Position numbers and translations under genes: made by a program
Shown: piece by piece, positions 29,000 to 39,161 of the stretch
How the letters are laid out: every line of letters starts with the position of its first letter
Numbering within the stretch: the stretch's first letter is position 1
Source: Candidatus Uhrbacteria bacterium
GTDB taxonomy: Bacteria; Patescibacteriota; Patescibacteriia; UBA9934; GWF2-40-263
Length of the DNA: 64,000 nucleotides
Assembly: GCA_014239775.1 (NCBI GenBank)
Contig: JAAZYG010000022.1
Coordinates: forward strand, 2,218 to 66,217
Reading direction: 5' to 3'
The notes under the pieces: model-generated
What the model saw: the letters and a program-made list of their open reading frames with translations, nothing else
Told to the model about the DNA's origin: nothing
The model's database searches: none

Positions 29000-29677
29000 A
29001 TGTTTTTAAATATATTATTTACATCACCGGCACTTGCCTTGGCATGGGTGGCTGCAATATTTGCATCACTAACAATACATGAATTTTCACATGCTCTAGT
29101 TGGTAAATTAAGAGGTGATAAAACTGCTGAAAGAGAAGGTCGTCTTACATTAAATCCTGTATCACACATTGATTTAATGGGTCTTATTCCTTTATTTATT
29201 TTTGGATTCGGTTGGGCAAAACCTGTACCGTTTAATCCTTATAATTTAAAAAATCCAAAATGGGACAGTGTTCTTATCGCACTTGCTGGTCCATTTTCAA
29301 ATTTAATACTCGCAATATCAAGTGCCGTTGCATTTAGATTATTAATAGGATCGCTAGGAAGTTATAATTTATTATCAGTATTTTTATTTCTGATGATTCT
29401 TATAAATTTATTTTTGATGTTTTTCAATGTTGTTCCAGTTCATCCATTAGATGGCTCTAAGTTGTTCTTTGCATTATTTGATGCGCCAAAATATGCAAAC
29501 ATGAGAAAGGTTGTTGCCCAGCGTGGTCCGCAGGTGTTGATGATTGCTATTTTTCTATCAATACTTACAAATGCAAATATTTTCTTTTTTGTAAGTGAGC
29601 CAGCATTTTTTGTGTGTGATGCACTGATTGGTCAAAGTTGTGGTGGATTTTTTGGAACTGTATTTTCTAGTTTATAA
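29000..29677 (+). CDS. site-2 protease family (peptidase M50) membrane metalloprotease
   Basis: HEFSHALV (HExxH) in the first TM region and a second Zn-ligand region in a later TM helix. Confidence 0.7.
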   Translation: MFLNILFTSPALALAWVAAIFASLTIHEFSHALVGKLRGDKTAEREGRLTLNPVSHIDLMGLIPLFIFGFGWAKPVPFNPYNLKNPKWDSVLIALAGPFSNLILAISSAVAFRLLIGSLGSYNLLSVFLFLMILINLFLMFFNVVPVHPLDGSKLFFALFDAPKYANMRKVVAQRGPQVLMIAIFLSILTNANIFFFVSEPAFFVCDALIGQSCGGFFGTVFSSL

Positions 29678-29683
29678 AAAAAA

Positions 29684-29701
29684 GACCCGTGTTTACGGGT
29701 C
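29684..29701 (-). terminator. terminator GACCCGTgtttACGGGTC with U-run on the minus-strand reading
   Basis: A8 precedes the hairpin on the + strand, which is a T-run after the hairpin for the minus-strand paralog gene. Confidence 0.5.
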
Positions 29702-29720
29702 AGGAGCAACTGCTTTATAT

Positions 29721-30770
29721 TTAGCTGTTGTCCAAGAGTAGACGTACGCCGCTTTGTTTAGCAGCAGCCTGTAGTAGTCGTGCTGTAGCAGCGTGAACGT
29801 TGTTAAGTCGTTTACCAGAACGAATTGTTTCCATTAGTTCTTTGGCGGCGTGTTCACCTATTCGAGCATCTGATTCACAAACTGTGATAAGTGCATTTTT
29901 TACTGCATGCATCAGCTCGCCATTAGTTCCTTCAGGAAGGAATATACCGCTTTGATTAGCGAGTGTTAACAGTTCTTTATGTACTGTCGGTTCAACTTCA
30001 GTGGGACTCGCATTTACACCACCCATCCATTCAATAGCAGCAGCAAACACATCTTTTGGATTGATTAATTGATTGCCATTATTTGTCGTTGAGACAGAGA
30101 TGGACGTTTTCATATATTGGTGTATTGCACCACTTAGGAAAGGCCGGTTTCCGCATGTTGAACAAACAGCAGAATCAATATTGAAGGCCATAGCTAAAAC
30201 ACTAAAACTTTCATTACAGCGTTGGCAGTTTTTGATCCACCACATATTGTCGAAGTCCCAGTCTGTTATGTTAGGGACAATGCCTTTACTAGCAATTCGA
30301 CTTAGATCGTGCTCATCTATGTTAACCAGCAAGCTCCAAGGGTCGTAGCGCCCATTCTCAATCACATCAATGCCATCACGATCTTCGCAGAGCATCCAGC
30401 TTATGCTAGACATTTTGCATCTAGATACGTGATTGCCAATCATTACAATTGCCATTTCGATATCGTCGCCAACAACCTTGCCTACAAATTGGTCATCACG
30501 TTGGTTTTTTGTATTTGGTACATACCAAAGTGAGTAGATTCGATGGACACCTCGTGTCTGTTTACGAGCTTTTAGGTAGTAACGACGGAAGTGTGGTTGC
30601 TGTGCTGGGCTGTTTATTGTTCGGAATCGAGCAATTACAGATTCTGCTGTATCGTATTTGTTGTGTTTGATTAGGTCGCTCAACACAACATTTCTTCCTT
30701 CTAAAGGATGCACCCATCCTAATGGAATTGTTGGTAATGTTACACCAACTTTTATTAGCGAATGAGTCAA
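29721..30770 (-). CDS. Cys-rich hypothetical protein P1 (349 aa), paralog of P2
   Basis: Shares with P2 the blocks R(R/K)xYL...R(I/L), IE(N/M)GR(Y/F)D...LL and G(I/V)(V/L)...DFD, and a C-x2-C-x18-21-C-x2-C zinc-ribbon (CQRC...CSTC). Begins with TTG per the ORF track. Confidence 0.65.
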   Translation of the reverse strand: MTHSLIKVGVTLPTIPLGWVHPLEGRNVVLSDLIKHNKYDTAESVIARFRTINSPAQQPHFRRYYLKARKQTRGVHRIYSLWYVPNTKNQRDDQFVGKVVGDDIEMAIVMIGNHVSRCKMSSISWMLCEDRDGIDVIENGRYDPWSLLVNIDEHDLSRIASKGIVPNITDWDFDNMWWIKNCQRCNESFSVLAMAFNIDSAVCSTCGNRPFLSGAIHQYMKTSISVSTTNNGNQLINPKDVFAAAIEWMGGVNASPTEVEPTVHKELLTLANQSGIFLPEGTNGELMHAVKNALITVCESDARIGEHAAKELMETIRSGKRLNNVHAATARLLQAAAKQSGVRLLLDNS

Positions 30771-30811
30771 TTTATCATACCTCCTTTGCCTTTGTAGTTA
30801 TTTTTGTCTCA

Positions 30812-32011
30812 TTATTTTAAATCTACAACATCTTTTTTATCATCGAAATGTTCTTCCCAGATTGTTGTTAGGATATCCTCTAAATAGTGAGGAAAATCTC
30901 CAATTACTGATTGAACATCTGATAACTCTAAAATGTTTTCGGGTTTTACCTGTGTGCACAGTAGAAGTCTCTCAATTTCGGATACTCTTTCAGTTGCATC
31001 TTCAAATTGGCTCTGTGCTCGACGCCAGTCGGAGATAAGCCACTTTCTATATTCATTATCTGGCAGATGATTCACACGTGCTTGCGGCAGTTCCCCATAC
31101 TCTAGTCGTTGGATTCGATTCGAGAAGTGTCTACCAACACTCTTAATAAACAGAGCTTTAATATCCGGTATTTTGAGTAATTTGTATAGACTTTTTTCGT
31201 AGAGTAAAGAAATGAGTTGGTGTGAAATATCATTATGATTTACACCCTCGATAGTCATTACTGTTCTGTGTTTGATAAGTTGTGAAAATGCAGGTGTTGC
31301 AACTGTTTCTATAAACCATAGTTCAATAGGAGCATAATCGGCAGGTTTGGCTGGTAGAACTGATCTTGTGTTTTGCAAACGCTGAGCCAGAGTTAATGCT
31401 GCTCCTATATCTACAAAAGCATTTTTACCCCAACCAGAGCATGTACACTTATCACAATTCATCCATTCAGGGACAAGTATTAGCAGATCCTTACCAAAGG
31501 AGATTTGTCGGCATTTAGGACACGTGTGACTTGTAATCAAACAGTCGAAATCAAGCGCACCCATTTTAATAGATACATCAAGAACGCCTGTTGAAACAAG
31601 TTGACGTAATCTGTCTGGGTGTTGAGGTAGTAAGTCTACTATGTCGAACCGACCCATCTCAATGAGTTCTAATAGTTCAAAATCAGCATACAATTCCCAT
31701 CGAACACCTGTTAAAACTTGCCTTTGATTTATGTTTGCAATAGTAGCTTTTACAACATCGATTTCTACTGGATTTTTGAAGACCTGAATTGTTGGGTCAG
31801 TACTTTTGTCTTTTCGAGGAAGCTTTGTAACCTGTCGGAGTCTAACTCGATCTCCAAAACCCTTTTCAAGATAATAGATTTTACGAGAATGACACCATTC
31901 TGCGCGCATAACTTCTCTAAACTTCCAAAAGATATTTGGTAAATCAAAATTAATGTCTTCTGTTGTTAAGGAGCCAGGTTGAACCCGACTCAAGGTCGTG
32001 ATATCTGTCAT
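30812..32011 (-). CDS. Cys-rich hypothetical protein P2 (399 aa), paralog of P1
   Basis: ATG start. LDFD followed by CPKC...CDKCTCSGWGKN. Divergent from rpsL. Confidence 0.65.
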   Translation of the reverse strand: MTDITTLSRVQPGSLTTEDINFDLPNIFWKFREVMRAEWCHSRKIYYLEKGFGDRVRLRQVTKLPRKDKSTDPTIQVFKNPVEIDVVKATIANINQRQVLTGVRWELYADFELLELIEMGRFDIVDLLPQHPDRLRQLVSTGVLDVSIKMGALDFDCLITSHTCPKCRQISFGKDLLILVPEWMNCDKCTCSGWGKNAFVDIGAALTLAQRLQNTRSVLPAKPADYAPIELWFIETVATPAFSQLIKHRTVMTIEGVNHNDISHQLISLLYEKSLYKLLKIPDIKALFIKSVGRHFSNRIQRLEYGELPQARVNHLPDNEYRKWLISDWRRAQSQFEDATERVSEIERLLLCTQVKPENILELSDVQSVIGDFPHYLEDILTTIWEEHFDDKKDVVDLK

Positions 32012-32099
32012 TTTTCACCTCATCGGGTTGTATTCCTATTTTATCAGGAACTGAAAAATATATACAAAAATATTGGTTTTGTCAATACATCAGCAGTGC

Positions 32100-32140
32100 G
32101 TAGATAAATGTTGACCTATTTTTAACAAAATGTTATCCTT
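32100..32140 (+). promoter_or_regulatory. probable rpsL promoter region (TTGACC ... TATCCT)
   Basis: GTTGACCtatttttaacaaaatgtTATCCT lies about 25 nt upstream of the rpsL ATG. Confidence 0.3.
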
Positions 32141-32157
32141 CCGACGCAAATATTATT

Positions 32158-32577
32158 ATGCCTACAGTAAATCAATTGATCAGAAAAGGTAGAAAATCTA
32201 AGTCTACCAAGTCTACGTCACCTGCGATGCAGTTTACGTACGATTCACTACATAGAAAAAAGACTCCTTACAAAAAAGGTAGTCCTTTTAAGCGTGGTGT
32301 TTGTATAAAAGTGACAACAATGACTCCAAAAAAACCTAACTCTGCTATACGAAAAGTTGCACGTGTACGTCTTTCAAATGGAATGGAGGCAAACGCTTAT
32401 ATTCCAGGTGAGGGTCATAACTTGCAGGAGCATTCGATTGTAATGATTAGGGGTGGTCGAGTAAAAGATCTTCCGGGTGTTAGATATCACGTAGTTCGTG
32501 GTGTTTATGACACACAGAGTGTTGAAGGAAGAATGCAAAGTAGGTCTAAGTACGGTGCAAAACGTGCAAAAAAATAA
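32158..32577 (+). CDS. rpsL: 30S ribosomal protein S12
   Basis: [13 protein letters not shown]...PKKPNSA(I/L)RKVARVRL is the canonical S12 sequence. Confidence 0.95.
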   Translation: MPTVNQLIRKGRKSKSTKSTSPAMQFTYDSLHRKKTPYKKGSPFKRGVCIKVTTMTPKKPNSAIRKVARVRLSNGMEANAYIPGEGHNLQEHSIVMIRGGRVKDLPGVRYHVVRGVYDTQSVEGRMQSRSKYGAKRAKK

Positions 32578-32712
32578 ACGTATAAAATAAACGTACTACC
32601 ACATTGGTATGCATTTTATTTTAAGCGTTTATTAATTATAAAATTTAATTAATTTAGTGGAGTACTTTGTTCGCACAAAGGAATATAATCCATTAAGAAT
32701 AAGTCAAAAAAT

Positions 32713-33180
32713 ATGCGAGGTAAAAAAGCCACAAAACGAAAGATACTACCAGATCCAAAATTTGGTAATGTGTATATTGCGAAGTTGATTAATTACATAA
32801 TGAAGGATGGAAAGAAGACAATTGCACAACGTATTGTTTATGATGCACTTGAGTTAATAAGTGAAAGAACAAAACAGGATGCTATTGAAGTTTTTGATTT
32901 AGCAATAAAAAACGTAATGCCATCTCTAGAAGTTAAGAGCAAGCGTGTTGGTGGTGCAAACTATCAAATACCAATGCCTGTAAGAGGAGAAAGACGTCAC
33001 ATGCTTACATATCGTTGGATTATTGCTGCAGCACGTGCAAAGAAAGGTAAGCCAATGTCAGTAAAATTAGCTGAAGAGTTAATTGCTGCATCAAATAACG
33101 AGGGGGATGCTATTAAAAAGAAAACAGACGTTCAAAAAATGGCTGAAGCAAACCGTGCTTTTGCTCATTTTGCTCGATAA
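32713..33180 (+). CDS. rpsG: 30S ribosomal protein S7
   Basis: KRVGGANYQIPMPV and other typical S7 segments. Confidence 0.95.
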   Translation: MRGKKATKRKILPDPKFGNVYIAKLINYIMKDGKKTIAQRIVYDALELISERTKQDAIEVFDLAIKNVMPSLEVKSKRVGGANYQIPMPVRGERRHMLTYRWIIAAARAKKGKPMSVKLAEELIAASNNEGDAIKKKTDVQKMAEANRAFAHFAR

Positions 33181-33191
33181 AATAATAAAAT

Positions 33192-35276
33192 ATGCCACGT
33201 GAATATCCATTAGATAAAATTAGAAATTTCGGAATTTTTGCCCATATTGATGCAGGTAAAACAACTGTATCAGAACGTATTTTATTTTATACAGGCCGTA
33301 AGCACAAAATTGGTGAGGTGCATGAAGGTGGTGCAACTATGGACTGGATGGAGCAGGAGCAGGAAAGAGGTATTACAATCACAGCTGCTGCAACTACATG
33401 TTTTTGGAAGGACCATAGTTTAAATTTAATCGATACCCCAGGACACATTGATTTTACTGTTGAGGTAAAACGTTCAATGAGAGTTCTTGATGGAGGTGTG
33501 GCTGTTTTTGATGGTGTTGCAGGTGTTGAACCTCAGTCTGAAACAAACTGGAGGTATGCAGATGATTACGATATTCCAAGAATTGTATTTATAAATAAAT
33601 TAGATAGGACAGGTGCAGATTTTTTTAAAGATTTAGACTCAATTCATGATCGTCTTACAAAAAATGCATATCCAATACAGTTACCAATTGGTGCTGAGGG
33701 TGATTTTGTTGGTGTTGTAGATTTGATTAAAATGAAAGCTTTTATCTACAAAGATGATTTGGGAAAAGATATTGAAGAAACAGAGATTCCAGATGATTTG
33801 AAGGAATTGTCTGATGAGTGGAGAGGAAAGTTGATGGAGGCTGTTGCAGAAAACGACGAGGATTTAATGAATAAGTATCTTGGTGGAGAGGAGGTGAGTG
33901 TGGAAGAAATCAATAAAGTTATACGAAAAGCAACAATTGCAAATGATTTTATTCCAGTAATGTGTGGATCTGCACTGAAAAATAAAGGTGTACAGATTTT
34001 ACTTGATGCAATAGTTAATTTCTTACCAAGCCCATTGGACGTGCCTGACATTACAGGAGTAGATCCAGATGATGAGGAGAAGGTGGTAGAAAGAAAAGCT
34101 GATGATAGTTCACCTTTTTCTGCTCTAGCATTCAAGATCGCTGCTGATCCATTTGTTGGAAAACTTGCTTTTTTCCGTGTTTATTCAGGATCAGTAAAGG
34201 CTGGTTCATATATTTTAAATAGTTCTATAGGTAAAAAAGAGAGAGTTGGTAGGATTGTTGTGTTGCATGCAAATTCACGTGAGGAAGTATCTGAAGTGCA
34301 TGCTGGAGGTATCGCGGCAATGGTTGGTCTAAAAGAAACTTATACAGGTCATACTTTATGTGATATAGAGAATCCAATATTATTAGAATCAATTACATTT
34401 CCTGAGCCTGTTATTTCTATTGCAATTGAGCCAAAGACAAAAGTCGATCAAGAAAAGATGGCGTTAGCATTGCAAAAATTAGCTGAGGAAGATCCTACAT
34501 TTAAGATTCGTACTGATGAGGAAACAAATCAGGTCATTATTTCAGGAATGGGAGAACTTCACTTGGATATTATTGTTGATCGCCTAAAACGTGAATTTAG
34601 TGTTGAGTGTAGTGTTGGTAAGCCCCAGGTTTCATATCGTGAAACAATTAAGACAAACGCAGAAGGTGAGGGAAAGTTTATTCGTCAGTCTGGTGGACGT
34701 GGTCAGTATGGTCACTGTCTTGTAAAGATTGAAAAACTAGAACCTGGTGCTGGTGTTGAATTCGAGGAGATTATTAAAGGTGGTTCAATTCCAAGAGAAT
34801 ATTTCAATGCTATTGAAAAAGGAATTCGTGAAGCAGCAGACAGAGGTGTTATGGCCGGTTATCCATTACTTGATGTAAAGGTAACTTTATATGATGGGTC
34901 TTTTCATGATGTAGATTCTTCAGAAGCTGCGTTTAAAATCGCTGGCTCAATGGCATTCCAAGATGCAGCAAAGAAAGCAGGTATTGAATTGCTTGAGCCT
35001 ATGATGAAGGTTGAAAGTATTACACCAGAAGATTACATGGGTACAGTTGTTGGAGATTTGAATTCAAAACGTGGTCAAATTCAGGAAATGTCAGATCGTT
35101 CAGGTGTAAAGGTTGTATCAGCGTTTGTGCCACTTGCAGAAATGTTTGGTTATGCAACTACATTAAGATCTTTGTCTCAAGGTAGAGCTAGCTACTCAAT
35201 GGAATTTGATCATTATAGTGCTGTACCATCAAATGTTTCAAAAGAAATTGTTGAAAAAAGAGGTGGTAAAGCGTAA
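33192..35276 (+). CDS. fusA: elongation factor G
   Basis: [17 protein letters not shown] and NKLD GTPase motifs plus EF-G domains II-V. 694 aa. Confidence 0.95.
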   Translation: MPREYPLDKIRNFGIFAHIDAGKTTVSERILFYTGRKHKIGEVHEGGATMDWMEQEQERGITITAAATTCFWKDHSLNLIDTPGHIDFTVEVKRSMRVLDGGVAVFDGVAGVEPQSETNWRYADDYDIPRIVFINKLDRTGADFFKDLDSIHDRLTKNAYPIQLPIGAEGDFVGVVDLIKMKAFIYKDDLGKDIEETEIPDDLKELSDEWRGKLMEAVAENDEDLMNKYLGGEEVSVEEINKVIRKATIANDFIPVMCGSALKNKGVQILLDAIVNFLPSPLDVPDITGVDPDDEEKVVERKADDSSPFSALAFKIAADPFVGKLAFFRVYSGSVKAGSYILNSSIGKKERVGRIVVLHANSREEVSEVHAGGIAAMVGLKETYTGHTLCDIENPILLESITFPEPVISIAIEPKTKVDQEKMALALQKLAEEDPTFKIRTDEETNQVIISGMGELHLDIIVDRLKREFSVECSVGKPQVSYRETIKTNAEGEGKFIRQSGGRGQYGHCLVKIEKLEPGAGVEFEEIIKGGSIPREYFNAIEKGIREAADRGVMAGYPLLDVKVTLYDGSFHDVDSSEAAFKIAGSMAFQDAAKKAGIELLEPMMKVESITPEDYMGTVVGDLNSKRGQIQEMSDRSGVKVVSAFVPLAEMFGYATTLRSLSQGRASYSMEFDHYSAVPSNVSKEIVEKRGGKA

Positions 35277-35295
35277 GTAAATAAAACTAAATTAA

Positions 35296-35325
35296 AACGA
35301 GACTTAAGTTGTCTCGTTTTTTTTG
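35296..35325. terminator. bidirectional terminator AAACGAGACttaagtTGTCTCGTTTTTTTT
   Basis: 9-bp stem with flanking A-run and T-run, between fusA and the convergent methyltransferase gene. Confidence 0.6.
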
Positions 35326-35339
35326 TACTTATAATTAAT

Positions 35340-35915
35340 TTAAACAATATATAAATATATTCCAGATTTTTCTTGTACTGGTTTCCAGTTTGGAAAATTA
35401 AATGCATTAGACACTATTCTTGATCCAGGTTTTAGCTCGTTTTTAAGTTTTAATTTAAGTTTATTCATTGCTGGTGATGTTTGGTATAGCAACACAACAT
35501 CTGTATTTTTTAAATCAGCATCCCAAAAAGATTCTTTTAATATTTCTATTTTTTTACTAAATCCAAGTTTGTTAATTTTTCTAATAGATCTTTTTATAAG
35601 ACCAGGATGCAGTTCATACCCTGTAGCAGATTTTGCACCAACCTTTATTGCTTCTATAAGTAGTATGCCATCACCTGAACCCATATCGACAACATGATCT
35701 GTGGGTGATATTTTAGCCATAGAAATCATGGTTATAGCTTTTTCTTGTGTGGATGGAATGTATGGAGCTCCACCGTGAAAAATTGGAATCAACATTCCAC
35801 CAAACCAATAAATGGCCAGTAAATTAGCTGCAATTATAAGGGTTGCCATTAAAACAAAAATAAAAAAAATAGGGTCCATATGAATTATTTTGTACCACAT
35901 CACATCTTGGAACAA
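35340..35915 (-). CDS. class I SAM-dependent methyltransferase with N-terminal TM helix
   Basis: Motif I VVDMGSGDGILLIEA. The start may be the internal Met at about 35879 (MDPIFF), abutting the divergent kinase gene. Confidence 0.65.
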   Translation of the reverse strand: MFQDVMWYKIIHMDPIFFIFVLMATLIIAANLLAIYWFGGMLIPIFHGGAPYIPSTQEKAITMISMAKISPTDHVVDMGSGDGILLIEAIKVGAKSATGYELHPGLIKRSIRKINKLGFSKKIEILKESFWDADLKNTDVVLLYQTSPAMNKLKLKLKNELKPGSRIVSNAFNFPNWKPVQEKSGIYLYIV

Positions 35916-36899
35916 TATGGTATAGGTAAAGTTAATAGTATATCTAAAATTGGAAATGGATTAATTCACGAAACTTTTTCAATAAATTCATCTAGTGGAC
36001 AGTATATCATTCAAAAGTTAAATGCAGTACTTGCAACAAAGGAGATCGCAGAAGATTTTTTAAGTATCACCAAGTATTTAGAATCCAAAAATATTTTGGC
36101 ACCAAAATGTGTACTTACAAAAAATGGTAAAGTTTTAGCTAAATTAGAGGGTAAATCGTGGAGAATGCAAACACAAATTGAAGGAGAGGTGTACTCAGGA
36201 ATAGATGATTATGAAATGTTGTACGAAGCTGGGTTTTTACTCGGAGGTTTTCACAGGGTGTTAAATAACTGTAATATTAATTTTCGATCAAATTTAATCT
36301 TGCATCAAACAAAAACCATATATCAAAGATTACTGGATTCAGAATGTAAATATACATGTGATACTACAGATGTAAAAGAAAGTCTGGTCTTTTTAAAAAA
36401 GGAAATGCCAAAATATTTTTTGCCAAACACACTTCCAGTACGTGTGATACATGGCGATCCAAAAATTTCAAATATTATATTTAACAACAAAAAAGCAGTA
36501 GCTTTAATTGATCTAGATACCTGTAACAAACAAAATATACTGGTTGAATTAGGTGATGCGTTTAGATCTTGGTGCGGAGGTACAGAAGATGATGATATGA
36601 ATTACTTTGATGTTGAAAAATTTAAATATGCATGGCATGGATATTTTGATGGGTCTGTTGGCATGTTAAGTATTCAAGAAAAAAGTTTAATTATTAGGTC
36701 TATTGGAACTATCACCTTAGAACTTGCGAGTAGGTTTTTAACTGATTATTTTGAGGATTCGTATTTTGGTTGGGATAATATTCGATATAAAACAAGAAAA
36801 GATCATAATTTGGCAAGATGTTTAGGGCAATTAGCTCAATTTAAATCTTATAAAACTAATAAAATGCATCTAGAAGAGATGATAATGAGCAAAACTTGA
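35880..36899 (+). CDS. APH/ChoK-fold phosphotransferase (aminoglycoside / homoserine-kinase-II-like kinase)
   Basis: N-terminal LEQYGIGKVNSISKIGNGLIHETF, Brenner motif IHGDPKISNIIF and IDLDT. Confidence 0.7.
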   Translation: MNYFVPHHILEQYGIGKVNSISKIGNGLIHETFSINSSSGQYIIQKLNAVLATKEIAEDFLSITKYLESKNILAPKCVLTKNGKVLAKLEGKSWRMQTQIEGEVYSGIDDYEMLYEAGFLLGGFHRVLNNCNINFRSNLILHQTKTIYQRLLDSECKYTCDTTDVKESLVFLKKEMPKYFLPNTLPVRVIHGDPKISNIIFNNKKAVALIDLDTCNKQNILVELGDAFRSWCGGTEDDDMNYFDVEKFKYAWHGYFDGSVGMLSIQEKSLIIRSIGTITLELASRFLTDYFEDSYFGWDNIRYKTRKDHNLARCLGQLAQFKSYKTNKMHLEEMIMSKT

Positions 36900-36932
36900 C
36901 ACTACTGAGAAGTTAGTTAAAATGCCGATAAT

Positions 36933-37412
36933 ATGAAAGATCAATTTAAAAGAATAATAGATTTGGTTCGCAAAACTGGTGACACAATGGTGGTTACAGA
37001 TACTAATGGAGAGGATGTGTATGTTGTAATGGATCTAGATAATTACGAACTATTAATAGATAGTTTAGATAATTATGAAATAGAGGATTTTGATGAAGAT
37101 GATGATTATGAATCAGAACGTGCGAATGATTTTAATGTTGAAGAGGATTTAGCAGAAAATGTGTCTGAAACAACTCAAAGTGTACCTAAGGAGCAAAGCG
37201 TACCTGCTATATGGGATTCAATGCAATCTGCAACAGACAAAGGTCAAACTTGGGATATCTCAAAGTTAAATGAAAAAGAAATGGCTGATTTAGAAGAAAA
37301 ATTTGAGGAATTTGCTGCAAGAAATGTAAAGGAGGCCATAGAAGAAACAGCCAACATAACAGATGTAAATGATTTTGATGAAGAGGAGTTTTATTTGGAG
37401 CCAATAGAGTAA
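36933..37412 (+). CDS. highly acidic protein with YefM/Phd-like N-terminal domain
   Basis: N-terminal VVTDTNGEDVYVVMDLDNYELLIDSL resembles the YefM [22 protein letters not shown] region. The remaining roughly 110 aa are D/E-rich. Confidence 0.55.
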   Translation: MKDQFKRIIDLVRKTGDTMVVTDTNGEDVYVVMDLDNYELLIDSLDNYEIEDFDEDDDYESERANDFNVEEDLAENVSETTQSVPKEQSVPAIWDSMQSATDKGQTWDISKLNEKEMADLEEKFEEFAARNVKEAIEETANITDVNDFDEEEFYLEPIE

Positions 37413-37489
37413 TTTTAGCTCATTTTAGCTAAGGAATAAGGTAGTAAGTACATTCTTGCAAAAATGCTAACAAACCCCAGGTCTAAGAC

Positions 37490-37518
37490 TTGCATGTTTC
37501 AAAAGGTTTTGTTATACT
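37490..37518 (+). promoter_or_regulatory. tuf promoter: TTGCAT, 17 nt, TGtTATACT (extended -10)
   Basis: Near-consensus -35 and -10 with a TGn element, about 55 nt upstream of the tuf ATG. Confidence 0.45.
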
Positions 37519-37575
37519 TGCGCACGTCTTTGTAAACAAATTAAACACTAAATTAAGGTAAATTATTATACATTT

Positions 37576-38769
37576 ATGGCTGAAGTTTTCGACAGGTCAA
37601 AGCCTCATGTTAACGTTGGAACAATTGGTCACGTTGACCATGGAAAAACAACAACAACAGCGGCTCTATTGGCTGTTTTAAATGCAAAAGGAATGTCTGC
37701 TCAAACAAAGGGAGTAGATGATCTAGACAAGGCTCCTGAGTCAAAATCACGTGGTATTACAATCGCAACAGCGCATTGTGAATATGAATCTGACAACCGT
37801 CACTATGCTCACGTTGATTGTCCAGGTCATGCTGATTACATTAAGAACATGATAACAGGTGCTGCACAGATGGATGGTGCAATTTTAGTAGTATCAGCTG
37901 CTGACGGTCCAATGCCTCAGACTCGTGAGCATATTTTGCTTGCTCGTCAGGTGGGTGTACCTTCAATTGTTGTTTTCTTGAATAAAGTTGACCAAGTTGA
38001 TGACCCAGAACTTATTGATCTAGTTGAAGAAGAAGTGCGTGATCTATTAAAGCAGTATGAGTATCCTGGTGATGAAATTCCAGTGATACGTGGATCTGCT
38101 CTAAAAGCACTAGAGAATCCAACTGATGAAGCAGCAACAAAGCCAATAATGGATCTAGTTGAAGCTTTGGATACATACATTCCACAACCAGAACGTGATA
38201 CAGACAAGCCACTTCTTATGCCTATTGAGGATGTTTTCTCAATTGAAGGTAGAGGAACAGTTGTTACAGGTCGTATCGAACGTGGAACAATTAAAATCAA
38301 CGAAGAGGTTGCTATTGTTGGTATAAAAGAAGAGCCAATAAAAACTATTGTTACTGGAATTGAAATGTTCAATAAGCAGTTAACAGAAGGTCTTGCTGGT
38401 GATAATGCTGGAATTTTGCTTCGTGGTGTTAAAAAAGATGAGGTTGAGCGTGGAATGGTGCTTGCGGTTCCAGGTTCGATTACACCTCACACAGAATTTG
38501 AAGCTAAAGTTTATGCTCTTACAAAAGAAGAGGGTGGGCGACACAAACCTTTCTTTAAAGGATATAAGCCACAGTTTTTTATCAGGACAACAGACGTAAC
38601 AGGTGATGTTACTTTACCTGAGGGAACTGAGATGGTTATGCCAGGAGATACAACAAATTTAACAGTTACATTAATTCAGCCGGTTGCTCTTGAGGAGAAC
38701 ATGTCATTTGCTATACGTGAGGGTGGGCGAACTGTAGGTGCTGGAATAATAACTAAGATCCTAAAATAA
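37576..38769 (+). CDS. tuf: elongation factor Tu
   Basis: [17 protein letters not shown] and NKVD motifs. 397 aa. Confidence 0.95.
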   Translation: MAEVFDRSKPHVNVGTIGHVDHGKTTTTAALLAVLNAKGMSAQTKGVDDLDKAPESKSRGITIATAHCEYESDNRHYAHVDCPGHADYIKNMITGAAQMDGAILVVSAADGPMPQTREHILLARQVGVPSIVVFLNKVDQVDDPELIDLVEEEVRDLLKQYEYPGDEIPVIRGSALKALENPTDEAATKPIMDLVEALDTYIPQPERDTDKPLLMPIEDVFSIEGRGTVVTGRIERGTIKINEEVAIVGIKEEPIKTIVTGIEMFNKQLTEGLAGDNAGILLRGVKKDEVERGMVLAVPGSITPHTEFEAKVYALTKEEGGRHKPFFKGYKPQFFIRTTDVTGDVTLPEGTEMVMPGDTTNLTVTLIQPVALEENMSFAIREGGRTVGAGIITKILK

Positions 38770-38779
38770 ATATTAAACC

Positions 38780-38805
38780 TTGAGAGGTGGGAAACCACCT
38801 CTCAA
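38780..38805 (+). terminator. intercistronic hairpin TTGAGAGGTGGgaaaCCACCTCTCAA between tuf and rpsJ (weak U-tract)
   Basis: Perfect 11-bp stem with GAAA loop. Followed by TCGTTCTTTC rather than a clean T-run. Confidence 0.4.
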
Positions 38806-39161
38806 TCGTTCTTTCATCTAAAACTGTGAGTAAAGAAACAACCAAAAAAGAAGAAGAAAAGTCACGTATTCGCATCAAGATCAAAGCTTACGATAATAAA
38901 ATTATCGATCAAGCTACTCAGACTATTATTAAGACAGCTGAGAGATCAGGCGCAAAGATAATTGGTCCAGTACCATTACCAACGGAGACACGTAAATATA
39001 CAGTGAACAAATCAACATTTGTGCACAAGGATTCGCGTGAACAATACGAGATGAGAGTACATAAGCGATTGATTGATATCTCAGAACCAACTGAGAGAAC
39101 TATTGACTCATTAATGAGTTTAAACTTGCCATCAGGAGTAGATGTAGAGATTAAAACCTAA
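38787..39161 (+). CDS. rpsJ: 30S ribosomal protein S10 (N-terminal K/E extension)
   Basis: [40 protein letters not shown] is the canonical S10 core. The track start (GTG at 38787) lies inside the upstream hairpin, so the true start is more likely the GTG at about 38826. Confidence 0.85.
   Translation: MGNHLSIVLSSKTVSKETTKKEEEKSRIRIKIKAYDNKIIDQATQTIIKTAERSGAKIIGPVPLPTETRKYTVNKSTFVHKDSREQYEMRVHKRLIDISEPTERTIDSLMSLNLPSGVDVEIKT

Noticed and set aside
29721-32011. P1/P2 and the other GC-richer loci as clear horizontal transfers on GC content alone
   Set aside because: Highly expressed native genes in this window (tuf, rplB) are also about 40-42% GC. The 43-46% GC of these loci is only modestly higher. 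Foreign origin is suggested but not established without codon or tetranucleotide statistics.
33746-34135. Antisense ORFs inside fusA, infB, the r-protein genes and others (e.g. 33746-34135, 40290-40607, 6403-6711, 37947-38372, 52093-52488)
   Set aside because: They lie entirely within well-supported conserved genes on the opposite strand. Their Ser/Leu-rich low-complexity translations are typical of antisense frames.
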